A stretch of DNA of 41,655 nucleotides from a virus (taxonomy: Duplodnaviria > Caudoviricetes). Shown here one piece after another: positions 9,722 to 19,791 of the stretch. The stretch's first letter is position 1. Every line of letters starts with the position of its first letter. The stretch covers positions 1 through 41,655 of the IMG/VR virus record IMGVR_UViG_3300032235_000202; one strand, 5' to 3'. The notes below the pieces were generated by a model, which searched no databases, had not been told where the DNA came from, and saw nothing but the letters and a program-made list of their open reading frames with translations. Position numbers and translations under genes: made by a program.

Positions 9722-11077
9722 TTAGAATCCTGATATCTTTTTCTTCGCTGTTGGTTTTGCATTTCCTGTAGCACCTCCAGACACTGGCCTTGTCCTAGCC
9801 TTATATTCTCCCGATGCTTCTACTAGTTGTGCCTCAAGAGCATCTGGGTCTATCTGAAGTCCAGTAGACCCTTTTCTAGTCATAGTCTCTATATTAAACA
9901 AGTTAGTAGCTGGATTGTATGTAGCACGCTCTATAATGTCCTTACCACCAAAAGAACCAGCTAGCGAGTACTTCTGCATTTCTCTTGTAACGTCCATTGG
10001 TGCATTTAATCCTGCAGAAGCTTGCTTTATAGCCGTAATCGTATTGTATGGATGACTTATTACTTCTGTACCAACTTTTCCACTACCAGAAGATTGACCA
10101 GCCTTAGCTATCCTTCGTTCAGTCTGACTAAGCTTCCTAGAAGATAACTCTCTTTCAAATTCGTCATCAGCCCTGCTTCGGTCTATCTTAGTCTCTTGAG
10201 CTTCTTTCCTATATAACGGAAGACCAAACACCATTTCTGGAGTTATGTCTCTTTCTGACCGTATATTAGGGAAGTACTCCTTTATTTCATCAAGCCTATC
10301 CATAGATGCTTGTGAGCCATCTTTTAGACCCTTAATCAGCAACTCGTAATCCGTCTTAGCACTATTCGCAATCCTTGGATTCGACTGACCAAGTTTAGCC
10401 AAAACATCAACTGTTGTCTGAGCAGGTCTTCCTACGTATTTAGTTACTGCCTCTCCGTAAAGAGGTTTATCAGATATACTTCTTCTAACAAGTATAGGAG
10501 CTCTTTCTGTTTTAAAGTCTTTGATTTTAGCACCAGCTTTATCAAGTGTAGTACCAAGTTCTGCCCAGTCTATTTCTTTTGGTACTATATCAAAAGTATA
10601 TGCAGAAGGTATCTTGCTCACATCAAAACCTGATATAGGTGTAGATGATAAAGATGTCAGCATCTGAGACACCTCGTTAGGAACCTCGTATCCTTTTGTT
10701 CTAGCCATCTTCAGATATTCAGAGTACTCAGCTTGCTTTTCCGCAGCTGATGCTGAGCTACTATAGACACTATTTAAGTTACCGAGCTGCTTATCCATTA
10801 CTGCCTTAGCTACGGCAAGCTGTTCAGGCTTTCCACCACCACGATTCAATCTGGAGTAATTCAACGCTGCTTGCTTGTACTCAGTGTAAGACTTAGTAAA
10901 GTCAGGTATGTCCATCGGCCTCAGTTTCCCGGGCTGATATGTCTTCATGAATTCGTCTACGCTGTTTTCTGCAAGAGCGTCTTGCTGCCTTTTTAATTGT
11001 GCAGCCACCTCAAGACCTCTGGATATTCCAGATGTCAAGCCAGATACGTCTACAAAAGATGGTCTATAGGTCGCCAT
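9722..11077 (-). CDS. Putative ejection/internal virion protein
   Basis: 451 aa, helical; lies between a pilot-like gene and the giant protein. Confidence 0.5.
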   Translation of the reverse strand: MATYRPSFVDVSGLTSGISRGLEVAAQLKRQQDALAENSVDEFMKTYQPGKLRPMDIPDFTKSYTEYKQAALNYSRLNRGGGKPEQLAVAKAVMDKQLGNLNSVYSSSASAAEKQAEYSEYLKMARTKGYEVPNEVSQMLTSLSSTPISGFDVSKIPSAYTFDIVPKEIDWAELGTTLDKAGAKIKDFKTERAPILVRRSISDKPLYGEAVTKYVGRPAQTTVDVLAKLGQSNPRIANSAKTDYELLIKGLKDGSQASMDRLDEIKEYFPNIRSERDITPEMVFGLPLYRKEAQETKIDRSRADDEFERELSSRKLSQTERRIAKAGQSSGSGKVGTEVISHPYNTITAIKQASAGLNAPMDVTREMQKYSLAGSFGGKDIIERATYNPATNLFNIETMTRKGSTGLQIDPDALEAQLVEASGEYKARTRPVSGGATGNAKPTAKKKISGF

Positions 11078-11096
11078 TATTTATTTATTTATTTTA

Positions 11097-11843
11097 TCAA
11101 TTTCCTGATGGTGTTCTAAGGTATCTAGACATGTCAAAAAATGATGGAGTCATTGCACGCATTGGACTTATTGAAGATTTTTTTCCAAACATTCCCTGAG
11201 GTAGAGTTGGTAAAGGTGTCTTCAGAGTCTGAAGTGGTTTCGCAGCATCATCTGTAGCAATTTTTCCAGTCATTCCGTCAAACGCTCCATATGCCAAAGC
11301 TGACCCGGCAGCAGAACCCATTGCCGAGAGCGCATTGCTTACGGCTGCATTTGCTTCTGCCTTCCTAGTTCCCCAATAGTCTGCAGCCTCTTGCTGCTTC
11401 CTGAGAGTCTCTTGATACTTTAGTCCACCCATCTGCATCAATCCACCTCTGAGTGCAGCCTGACCTTGCTGCAGTGCGTTTGCCTGCATGCCAGCCAACC
11501 TAAGAGATGCATCCTGTCCAGCCTGAGCTATCTGACCAACACCAGCCAACGCAGAACGTCTAGAGCCAAGTGCTCCAAGCTGTGAAGCCTGTTGCCTTGC
11601 CGCCTGCTGCTGATAGAGACCAAGCGCAGCTCCGGGTATTCCCACGTTAGCCTGAGTCCTGAAATTTTGCATTGCCTCGTCATACTCGCCGGGAAGCTGC
11701 ATGGCTTGAGAAGCTCTGAAATTACTCTCTAGCTCTCTATTTGCAGTCCTAGCCTTCTTGCTAAATATGCTATTCTCTCCAAAGAAGAGCGGTAGTGCTG
11801 AGATTCCTATGTTTGCGATACCCGCTATGGCTTGTGGTGTCAT
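11097..11843 (-). CDS. Putative ejection/pilot-like protein
   Basis: 248 aa, Ala/Gln/Gly rich with hydrophobic N-terminal and near-C-terminal segments, as in podovirus DNA-ejection proteins. Confidence 0.55.
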   Translation of the reverse strand: MTPQAIAGIANIGISALPLFFGENSIFSKKARTANRELESNFRASQAMQLPGEYDEAMQNFRTQANVGIPGAALGLYQQQAARQQASQLGALGSRRSALAGVGQIAQAGQDASLRLAGMQANALQQGQAALRGGLMQMGGLKYQETLRKQQEAADYWGTRKAEANAAVSNALSAMGSAAGSALAYGAFDGMTGKIATDDAAKPLQTLKTPLPTLPQGMFGKKSSISPMRAMTPSFFDMSRYLRTPSGN

Positions 11844-11845
11844 GA

Positions 11846-14800
11846 TTATCTATTATAAAATGGTTCTAGTATTGCTAGCTCTATATAATACAAATTTACA
11901 AATTCATTTCCATTAGCTGGCTGCAACTTAATTGATGCCCAGTTGCCCTTTAAAACGTTGCCGTTGTATAAAGCAGCATCAGTTCCAGCACCAGCTCCTG
12001 CATCCCTCTTGAAGGCTGCATGTATCTTGTCGTCCTTAAATAAGAAGTCTGATACCGCAAGCTTAGACCTTTGACCAAGGTTTGTTGTAATGTCTCCGTT
12101 TGTGTCAGGAGCCCAAACCTTGTTTGCCAGCATGGTGATTGTGTTGTACCTCTTCTTTATCTGTCCGTACTGATTGAATATTGAAGTGATTGACGGCTTA
12201 AACTGAACTCCGTAGAAGTTACAGTAGTTTGCTGTGTTGTCGTGAGTGTACAGCACACCGTTCTTCCAAGAGATTACCATGTTTTCAGCCGTAGTAATCC
12301 ACTCTGGTGAGTAGTTATAGAATGAGGTGTACGCATTCCTAAACTCATTGAATCCAAATGTGTATGGATTACTCTTGTCATCTCCTGCTGCACTCTCCTG
12401 CATCACAGTTACGAACTCTTCATTGAACTGGTCGTATATTCCAAGAATCTTTGCCTTACCTTGACCGGATATGTTTGTCCTTGTAGACTTGTTGTACTTT
12501 ACTATAAGCTGATTAAAGTAGAAGTGCGCCTTGTATAACTCAGTTATCGGAGTTATTCCATCACCGCTCAGTCTTACTTGACATCCACGTACAGGGTCTG
12601 TAAAGTAGTCTGCGTTTGCAGATGATGCAAGAGACGTAAATTGGTTGCCTATACCGTAATCTCCTTGGTAGTACTGTATTTTATTAATTATTTGAACACT
12701 TTGCGATAAAACGTCACTTCCGTCTGCAGTCTGCACAACAGCTTGAAGTATTGGCACAACTCCGCACGCTCTGTTTTGGAATACTCTCAGCTGACGGCCT
12801 CTAACTCTTAGCCTCTGGATGTCGCCACGCTCACGGTCGTACTCGTCAAAGTTTGCAGCGTAAAACCTATTTGTTTGATTTATGTTTGTGCCTGACTGAT
12901 ACTCTATTGAGTACCTTATCAGTGTTGGGTAATATGCATTCTTTGCATATTCGTCCACAACAAATGCCCTACCATTGCCGTCTACCTTTGAGTTGTACTT
13001 ATCGGACATTGACTTATCTAAAATCCATACAGTGTCTCTAAGTCTGTTGTATATATCACCACGGAAGAATTTATATATAGCTCCCTGTGATGCTGTCTGA
13101 TTCTGAATCATTCCGGTGTGGTATCTGTTTACTCCGCTTTCTATAACAGGATAAACCTCACCAAACTCGTAAAACAACTGATTCTCTTCTGAAGCATTCA
13201 AGGCTGGAGTATATACTTCTATGTAATAGTTGTCATACCCAGCTGTTCCAAACACAGTCATCCATGTAGAGTCGTACGGAACTTTAAGCCATGTGTTGTC
13301 CGCAGGAGTTATGTTTGCCTCCAAGCTGCTTACTACGGCAACAACAGGGTAGTCGTATATTAAGTTGGCTTGATTCTTTCTTCCTATTATTCTTACCCTA
13401 TCACCTTTAGAAAATGAGTAAGCTTGGTATCCGCTTTTATTGGTCTGAAGAGAAGTTATTGCCAAGTATGCATATCCTGCACCAGCATCCTTCTCAGTTT
13501 GGTCAGTAATTACGGTCTTGAATTCAGAGGTAGTCAAGTTAGCAGTCCTAACGAATGAGAAGTACTTTGCCCACAAAGGAGCCTGATTGGTTATAGTAAA
13601 CTCAATCATTGGTATCGTAAGCGATGTGCCACCTAAGTCTGTGGATACAATCTCTGGTGTTACAACCTTCAGGCTATCAGAGGTCATTACTCCATTAGTC
13701 ACTCCATTCTCATCGAAGTAACATATGCCAAAAGAGTACCTAGACTTGTGCTTGTAGCATGCAGTATTTACGCCTGTAACATCAGACGGAAGACCACCTC
13801 CTCCAGCATATGTATACTGGAAGTTGTATGAATCAAGAACCCAAGCTTCATTAACAGTGTTTCCGCCTATCTTAATACCACGCTTATTATTGAACTCTCC
13901 CGGTTCTACGAGCTGAAGCGTTTGAACGTAGCTTGCAAGTCCGTAGTTCTGTAGAGATACATTAGCTTGTAGTTGGGTAAGTAAAATAGCCTCAACTTGC
14001 TGTTGAGTGTTCTGTCCTACAGTAAGCGTAGGTATTGTTATTTGCACAGAAGTGCTTTCCACTCCAGCTCCTATATCCCTCCTAAAAGAAAGCGTGAATA
14101 GGTAGCTATCTCCAACATTAGGAGTTCCGTCAAATATGATGTAGTGATACCCTCCTGTAGTATTATAAACTGGGAAATAAGTAAATGTGTACCTATTGTA
14201 GGAAGACATCGTGAACGGCGTAGACGTCTGCGTGTTCTGTACAAGACTCAGAGATTGTGTCGCAGATATCGTAACACCCGGCGTCCTTCCTTCAGTGATT
14301 CCAGCGTAAGCCAGTACGTTACCATTAAGAAGTTCCTGAGTGTTTGCTTTGAGTGGTACATAATCGAATAACTGGTTTGACTCAGCAACATCCACGTATG
14401 GGTAAGCCTCTGTGTTATAAAACTTATACTCGTATTCAGTGTTGTTAGGTATTGAAGTCTTGTTGATTGTTTCAACTAAGAATGGGTCAGAGAATGTTGA
14501 GTCTATGCTCTGCCTTGACGCAATCTCAATCTTTACGACATCAGCATCTCCAGTCTGGTACTTTACGGATATCCTGTTATTTTTAGTTGGGTCAACCTCT
14601 GTAGAAAGTGTGTCTACGTTAGCAGGAGCAAACAATCTACTCCAAGGACTCCAAGCAGACTTGGTAAAGTCTCTATATATCCACCTATACCTGAACTGAT
14701 ATAGCTTACTTTTTAAGTTATTTATAGAAGTAGCAGCATCATCCTCGTATCTACATATTGGAGATATGAGTGGCATTGGTCTTGCCGTAGTTAGATACTT

Positions 14801-15310
14801 GAACTTCCAGTTACCTGCGTACGTCTTTCCTACAGCCTCAGCCTCCTTGATATTAAGCTTCATTGGAGGATTGTTCCTATCTGTCCAGTGAAGTATGTCC
14901 CCGTCTTCTTCTGTTCTATATAGGATATTAACGGATGCTATTGGATAGTCTGGGCTAAAGTTAAATAAGGTCTCAGTAGAAAGTGAGTCTATCTTAGACA
15001 TCAACAACGTGCTGATACCTCTGGTTATTGTGTTGTATACGAATATTGCATCAAACCCGTTTGAGTTATATACAAAGTAGAATACTCTCTGCTTCAGCTC
15101 ATCGTAGTAAGAACCTATACAAACGTTTGTTCCAGATTGAAGACCTGCATTAGCAACTGACCTGTTTCCGGGTATTCCTTCAGCACGCATCTCACCGGGA
15201 TTTCCCTTGAATAGAACGTTGAAAGCCTCCCTGTGGTGAGTCCCAACCATGACCTCATTCGGGTCATCTAGATTCATTACGCCTGAGAACTGCTTTCTTT
15301 CTATCTTCAT
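11846..15310 (-). CDS. Tail stabilisation / nozzle (muzzle) protein, crAss-like
   Basis: 1154 aa, beta-rich; N-terminal FSGVMNLDD, YxFGICYFDExG and RLSGDGITPI motifs; located in the tail module. Confidence 0.7.
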   Translation of the reverse strand: MKIERKQFSGVMNLDDPNEVMVGTHHREAFNVLFKGNPGEMRAEGIPGNRSVANAGLQSGTNVCIGSYYDELKQRVFYFVYNSNGFDAIFVYNTITRGISTLLMSKIDSLSTETLFNFSPDYPIASVNILYRTEEDGDILHWTDRNNPPMKLNIKEAEAVGKTYAGNWKFKYLTTARPMPLISPICRYEDDAATSINNLKSKLYQFRYRWIYRDFTKSAWSPWSRLFAPANVDTLSTEVDPTKNNRISVKYQTGDADVVKIEIASRQSIDSTFSDPFLVETINKTSIPNNTEYEYKFYNTEAYPYVDVAESNQLFDYVPLKANTQELLNGNVLAYAGITEGRTPGVTISATQSLSLVQNTQTSTPFTMSSYNRYTFTYFPVYNTTGGYHYIIFDGTPNVGDSYLFTLSFRRDIGAGVESTSVQITIPTLTVGQNTQQQVEAILLTQLQANVSLQNYGLASYVQTLQLVEPGEFNNKRGIKIGGNTVNEAWVLDSYNFQYTYAGGGGLPSDVTGVNTACYKHKSRYSFGICYFDENGVTNGVMTSDSLKVVTPEIVSTDLGGTSLTIPMIEFTITNQAPLWAKYFSFVRTANLTTSEFKTVITDQTEKDAGAGYAYLAITSLQTNKSGYQAYSFSKGDRVRIIGRKNQANLIYDYPVVAVVSSLEANITPADNTWLKVPYDSTWMTVFGTAGYDNYYIEVYTPALNASEENQLFYEFGEVYPVIESGVNRYHTGMIQNQTASQGAIYKFFRGDIYNRLRDTVWILDKSMSDKYNSKVDGNGRAFVVDEYAKNAYYPTLIRYSIEYQSGTNINQTNRFYAANFDEYDRERGDIQRLRVRGRQLRVFQNRACGVVPILQAVVQTADGSDVLSQSVQIINKIQYYQGDYGIGNQFTSLASSANADYFTDPVRGCQVRLSGDGITPITELYKAHFYFNQLIVKYNKSTRTNISGQGKAKILGIYDQFNEEFVTVMQESAAGDDKSNPYTFGFNEFRNAYTSFYNYSPEWITTAENMVISWKNGVLYTHDNTANYCNFYGVQFKPSITSIFNQYGQIKKRYNTITMLANKVWAPDTNGDITTNLGQRSKLAVSDFLFKDDKIHAAFKRDAGAGAGTDAALYNGNVLKGNWASIKLQPANGNEFVNLYYIELAILEPFYNR

Positions 15311-15311
15311 C

Positions 15312-16082
15312 TTATGCTTTTGCTACAAGTTTTTGACCCATCCTGATAATCTCGTTGGCATCCCAAGGAGTTACAGGGTTTACTCTAAGCCTTGCCAGAC
15401 GCTTCTGGTTGTAAAATTCTTTCCTTCTAAGTTGCTTGTCACCAAGCGTTACCCTCCTTCCTGATGGCAGAAGCTCAATATCTCTCCAAGCTATGTAAGA
15501 AAGTACGGCCTCCCTTATCTGAATTGGAATCTTGTAGTTAGGGTCATCTGAAGGGGATGACAGGTACTCAAGGATTACGTAGTTATATCCGAACTCATTG
15601 TCTAAATAAATCAAACCCTCAACCTCATCAATATCAAATGAACCCTGAGCGTTTAGCAAGCTACCAGCTCCAAACACATTTACATACCTAGCGCCGTCAT
15701 AGTAATTTACGTATGCTAAATCTTGAAGCCTATACGTATCGCCATTAGTTGAGTCAGTATTCTTAGTCAATCTATCCGCTTGGTCTATCTTGTACCCAGT
15801 TAGGTTTGGATTCTTTCTGAGTGTAGAAACTTCACCGTTAGCATTAAGTACACCAACCTTTGAGAATGCAATGTAGTCAGATGGCAAGTCAACCGTCTTG
15901 TTTGCGTTTACTATGAGCTTCTCAGTCTTTGGGGTAAGGTACACGTCAAGTCCAAGCTCCTCCACACCCCTTACGCCAATAGGCCAAAGCCTTCTATACT
16001 CAGAAGAGTTTAGTTTTGCTTGGTCAATGTATTGGTAGATAACTTCCGCAAGCTCCACCCACTGGGCGCTGTCTTTAGCCAT
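15312..16082 (-). CDS. Tail ring/adaptor protein
   Basis: 256 aa; VDLPSDYIAFSKVG and VILEYLS..IP...EA motifs; part of the ring-protein cluster after the capsid genes. Confidence 0.6.
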   Translation of the reverse strand: MAKDSAQWVELAEVIYQYIDQAKLNSSEYRRLWPIGVRGVEELGLDVYLTPKTEKLIVNANKTVDLPSDYIAFSKVGVLNANGEVSTLRKNPNLTGYKIDQADRLTKNTDSTNGDTYRLQDLAYVNYYDGARYVNVFGAGSLLNAQGSFDIDEVEGLIYLDNEFGYNYVILEYLSSPSDDPNYKIPIQIREAVLSYIAWRDIELLPSGRRVTLGDKQLRRKEFYNQKRLARLRVNPVTPWDANEIIRMGQKLVAKA

Positions 16083-16092
16083 AGTCTTTTAT

Positions 16093-16719
16093 TTAAGCCT
16101 TGTCCAAACCATCGTTGGTTGTGTCCTCTGGCATTTGTTTACGAATCTTGAGCTGGTTCATAATCCAGTTTATAATGTCGGATATGTACTCAGCAGGAAC
16201 ATTAAGCTCTGCACTGAGGTCTGTGTTCTCCGCACTAACCATTCTCACGATAGCATTCTTTCCAGTCAGGTTGTAGTAAGGACTCTTGAACCAGAGCTTG
16301 CTTCCTTCCGCCCAGTAGAATATCTTGCTTGGAGGTCTCTTCATGTTATCCATAAGGTCAAGCTCACGAGGGGATATTGGAATTGGCGCCTTGGCCAGTC
16401 CAGTCGATACGTGAAATGTCACGGATGAAATCCCGTATCCTCTCGAAAGCCCCAGTGGAGGGTGAGGAAGAGTAAGGTAGTAGTATCCAGTATCTGTGTC
16501 AAGTGCAAGAGCTAAATTCTTAAATGTAGAGTAGAACGCATCGCTTACAGTCTCTATACCGTCAAGCTTGATAGCATCGGTGTAGTTGACTTTTGCCATG
16601 TAGGCAAGTGCCTGATTTATGTACAGGTTCACTTCCTTCTCCGACAGGTTTGCGTCATCGCTAGGAACACCTCCGTAGTAAAGCCTTCTAATCTGTTCTA
16701 TGAGTACCTTTCTGGTCAT
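16093..16719 (-). CDS. Tail ring/adaptor protein
   Basis: 208 aa; helix - beta sandwich - helix pattern (EVNLYINQA...VPAEYISDII). Confidence 0.55.
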   Translation of the reverse strand: MTRKVLIEQIRRLYYGGVPSDDANLSEKEVNLYINQALAYMAKVNYTDAIKLDGIETVSDAFYSTFKNLALALDTDTGYYYLTLPHPPLGLSRGYGISSVTFHVSTGLAKAPIPISPRELDLMDNMKRPPSKIFYWAEGSKLWFKSPYYNLTGKNAIVRMVSAENTDLSAELNVPAEYISDIINWIMNQLKIRKQMPEDTTNDGLDKA

Positions 16720-17384
16720 AGTCCATCATTTTTTATGAACTGAGAAGCTCTCATGAGGTCTCCGTCCTTCAGGTTTATGCCAATGATTCCAATGGCTCTG
16801 TATATAACTTCGTACACATCCGTATCACCCCAAGCCAAGTCTGCGTTTGATGCAGGCAAGCTGTTAACCGGGTCGTACACAAGAGCTCCAGTAAATGCCC
16901 ACCTAAGTGTTGGAGGTGTAGCTATGTACGTCAACTTAGCCGTAGCAAGTGTAGATGGGTAGAACTTGTAGTTGCTACCAATCTCATAATATATAGGTTC
17001 TGTGTTAGTCGGTGCATCTATGGCATTTCCAACGTAAGACGCAATCCTATCCTCTGCAACAAACCTGACTGGGTAGTCATCATCTGTAGTCCTAATCGCT
17101 ACAGTTTTATATAGACCTGCAGGCTTTGGTGCTGTCTGAGATGTTATTGTTAACGTAGATTCTGTCAGGAATGAAGATAGCGTGTCAGCTATTATTGCAG
17201 ATGTGGACATACCTACAGGATTCTTTGGATTCCTGTTCGGGCTGCCTGTGTCATCTGATATGAATGCCAAGTACTGGTTCTGAGCCATGTTGATGACCAT
17301 GTTAAAGTCATCCGGGGACAGATACGTACCCTGATACTTGTCTACCAAGTATGACACTATTTTGTAGACGTCATTAATATTCAT
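16716..17384 (-). CDS. Tail ring / head-tail adaptor protein
   Basis: 222 aa; GTYLSPDDFN..AQ N-terminus and LTYIATP..W motif typical of crAss-like ring proteins. Confidence 0.6.
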   Translation of the reverse strand: MNINDVYKIVSYLVDKYQGTYLSPDDFNMVINMAQNQYLAFISDDTGSPNRNPKNPVGMSTSAIIADTLSSFLTESTLTITSQTAPKPAGLYKTVAIRTTDDDYPVRFVAEDRIASYVGNAIDAPTNTEPIYYEIGSNYKFYPSTLATAKLTYIATPPTLRWAFTGALVYDPVNSLPASNADLAWGDTDVYEVIYRAIGIIGINLKDGDLMRASQFIKNDGL

Positions 17385-17388
17385 ATTG

Positions 17389-17396
17389 CAAATATA
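17389..17396 (-). promoter_or_regulatory. Bacteroidota -7 promoter element TATATTTG (probably leaderless transcript)
   Basis: TATATTTG-CAAT-ATG, 4 nt from the start codon. Confidence 0.6.
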
Positions 17397-17433
17397 AAAT
17401 AAAATTCCCAGCAGTAAGATTACCGCCGGGAAT
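17397..17433 (-). terminator. Intrinsic terminator
   Basis: Minus-strand hairpin ATTCCCGGCGGTAA/TTACTGCTGGGAAT followed by a T-rich run. Confidence 0.65.
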
Positions 17434-17462
17434 AACCAATCGAACCTGAAACACGAAGCGTC

Positions 17463-18365
17463 TTAGTCAGCCATTGACTTCAGCTGATTGTATAAATCCT
17501 TGCCTTTATCGGTCAGACAGAACTCAGAAAGAAATCTGATTGGCTCTGCCTTGTCCGGAATCTGGGCAATAAACTTCTTTGTGTCACCCCATATTGCTTG
17601 ACCCTTGTTGATGCTTAGGTCAATCATGTTGATACCTATAGCCTTACGTATCAGGTACTCAACTCTTACAATCGGGTTGTTATATGTGTTGCTAAATGTG
17701 TCTGGGTCTGTTTCTGCAAATCCAAGGTAGTCTACACGGATTGCTTTGTCACCCCTATCTTCTCCGTACTGATTCTTGAACCTAACACCTAAGAACTGAG
17801 CGTGTGGGTGCATGATTTCAACTGGAGCATCCATGGCAAGTTTCATTGCCGTCATCCTTAGCTCTGCACGGTTGATTGCCTGCTCCTCTTGCTCCTCAAA
17901 GTTTATAAGAGTGTAGATTGGAAGCACGTGCTCCATCCTTTTCTTCTTCTTGTTGTACATGTTGCTGCTCAACATAAACTTCACAAGAGATGTCTTGTTT
18001 GCGGGAACTCTAAGAATGCCTTGAACAAACCTAATCTCTGGCATAGACTTCTTCTTGGTTTCAGCAAGATGCTCCTGCTCGTCCTCGAATATTGTGTTTA
18101 CTCCTTCTAGATACCTGATGTTACGCTCAGTCTCTGTCTCTTCGTCAAAGATTACATCTGTGTTTCTTACAAAGTAGTTTTCAGGGTACGGAATCCTACC
18201 GGGAGAAGCGTAGTATACTTTATTAATAAGCTGGAATATGTACTCAGTTGGCTCCCTCTTCTTTGCCACTGGCTTTACATTAATCTCAATGTCTGTAGGG
18301 ATGTCTTGAACGACATCGACAAGGTTGCCGTTTTCGTCAAGTTGTTTGCGAGTTTGCTTCGCCAT
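17463..18365 (-). CDS. Conserved capsid-adjacent virion protein
   Basis: About 300 aa from the likely ATG at 18365 (the track extends to 18386); immediately downstream of the major capsid gene, as in crAss-like gene order. Confidence 0.55.
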   Translation of the reverse strand: MAKQTRKQLDENGNLVDVVQDIPTDIEINVKPVAKKREPTEYIFQLINKVYYASPGRIPYPENYFVRNTDVIFDEETETERNIRYLEGVNTIFEDEQEHLAETKKKSMPEIRFVQGILRVPANKTSLVKFMLSSNMYNKKKKRMEHVLPIYTLINFEEQEEQAINRAELRMTAMKLAMDAPVEIMHPHAQFLGVRFKNQYGEDRGDKAIRVDYLGFAETDPDTFSNTYNNPIVRVEYLIRKAIGINMIDLSINKGQAIWGDTKKFIAQIPDKAEPIRFLSEFCLTDKGKDLYNQLKSMAD

Positions 18366-18387
18366 GGTTATTGATTTTTGGTTCAAG

Positions 18388-18395
18388 CAAATATA
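18388..18395 (-). promoter_or_regulatory. Bacteroidota -7 promoter element TATATTTG
   Basis: TAnnTTTG match just after the capsid-gene terminator. Confidence 0.55.
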
Positions 18396-18398
18396 CGG

Positions 18399-18428
18399 AA
18401 AAAAGAAAACCCCGCACTAGGCGGGGCT
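18399..18428 (-). terminator. Intrinsic terminator after the major capsid gene
   Basis: Minus strand: AGCCCCGC-CTAGT-GCGGGGTT then a T-rich tract. Confidence 0.8.
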
Positions 18429-18449
18429 CCTTTATATCCTATCTGTAAA

Positions 18450-19769
18450 CTATCGTACAGTGATGTACTGGTTTGCACCAAACAACTGGATACCGCAATA
18501 TGACATGTGGTGAACGTTAAGTTCCATCTTGTCATTGGTTGGTACTTTAGCAAGTGCACCAGTTTCCCATACCTTGATTTCCTTTCCGGGCTCAAACTCG
18601 TTGTACACGATACGGAGTGAAGGTATCTTGTCACCGTTAACGGCGTCACGACCATCCTTCATAGGAATCATCAAACCACTGTTCTTGTAGTACTCAGTAG
18701 CAGGAGCTACACCGTACACAGCCTCAGCGTTGAAAGGTAGGTACTTCTTCAGGTGGAAGGTGATACCGTCAATCTTGATTGAATCGAACCCGTACTTGAT
18801 AGCAACCTCAGAAGAACCTCCAACAGAAGCCCACTGGATAGCACCTGCAGTGTAAGCTGCAAACAGTCCGTCATCAACATAAGACCTCATGTAAGAGTCC
18901 ATCAAGAAATGGTATTCTTGAGCACCACCATTGAAATCAGCAAGACGAGCAAGAGCGTGGAAGTGAGTGATACCGAAGTTAGAAGCTTGGTCCCATGCGC
19001 TATACACCTGACCACCTGCCTCAACTTGAGGAATCAAACCTACAGTTCCTGTAGCACCTTGAGGCTTACCGAACATCAACTTGAACTCCTTGTTGTTCAT
19101 GAATCTACGAACAGACTCATCCAAACCTTTGTAGGTGTAGTAAGGAGAACCGTTAACTTCAAACCACAGCTCTTCAATCTTAGCACGGTCACTGATGGTG
19201 AAATCTTCACGGATTTCAGTTGTGTAGAACAACTTCTCTTCAGTCAAACCAGTGATGGTATCAAACTTAGTAGAAGCCTCGCCAGCCTCAGAAACACCAC
19301 GGAAAACTAAGAAGTCATTCGCAGCTACATTAGCATTGATAAGTTCTGTAGAATCAAATGGAGTCATCACGAAGATGTTAGGGTATGTAGATACACTAGT
19401 CACCTTGTACTGCTTACCATTCTTAGCGTTCTCAAGAACCTCACCTGAACGGATAGGGCTCCTAGAGCTGTTGATGGAAGTAGCATCGATAGTTACAGTT
19501 GCAGAAGCACCTGCAGAAGCACCACCAGTGAAGGAAGCTACTTTTACGTTGTCATGCAACTTACCACGAGATTCGAAGTGTCCAAACTTCTTAGATGGAA
19601 CTGTAGCCTTCATGCCGAGAGCCTCGAGCAATTGAGCATAGTTTTGAGAGCCGTACTTCTCAACGAATTGGTTGAAGTACTGAGGCTTCAAAATAGAAAG
19701 GTCGGAAACAAACTGGCGTTGTACACCAAGGTTGTTTGTGGCCACGCCACCGGGTTGTAATACTGGCAT
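18450..19769 (-). CDS. Major capsid protein (HK97 fold, crAss-like)
   Basis: 439 aa; position in the order terminase-portal-scaffold-MCP; YTTEIREDFTISD and E.KLMFG motifs; followed by a strong terminator. Confidence 0.8.
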   Translation of the reverse strand: MPVLQPGGVATNNLGVQRQFVSDLSILKPQYFNQFVEKYGSQNYAQLLEALGMKATVPSKKFGHFESRGKLHDNVKVASFTGGASAGASATVTIDATSINSSRSPIRSGEVLENAKNGKQYKVTSVSTYPNIFVMTPFDSTELINANVAANDFLVFRGVSEAGEASTKFDTITGLTEEKLFYTTEIREDFTISDRAKIEELWFEVNGSPYYTYKGLDESVRRFMNNKEFKLMFGKPQGATGTVGLIPQVEAGGQVYSAWDQASNFGITHFHALARLADFNGGAQEYHFLMDSYMRSYVDDGLFAAYTAGAIQWASVGGSSEVAIKYGFDSIKIDGITFHLKKYLPFNAEAVYGVAPATEYYKNSGLMIPMKDGRDAVNGDKIPSLRIVYNEFEPGKEIKVWETGALAKVPTNDKMELNVHHMSYCGIQLFGANQYITVR

Positions 19770-19791
19770 AATTATTTCTTTTTAATTATTG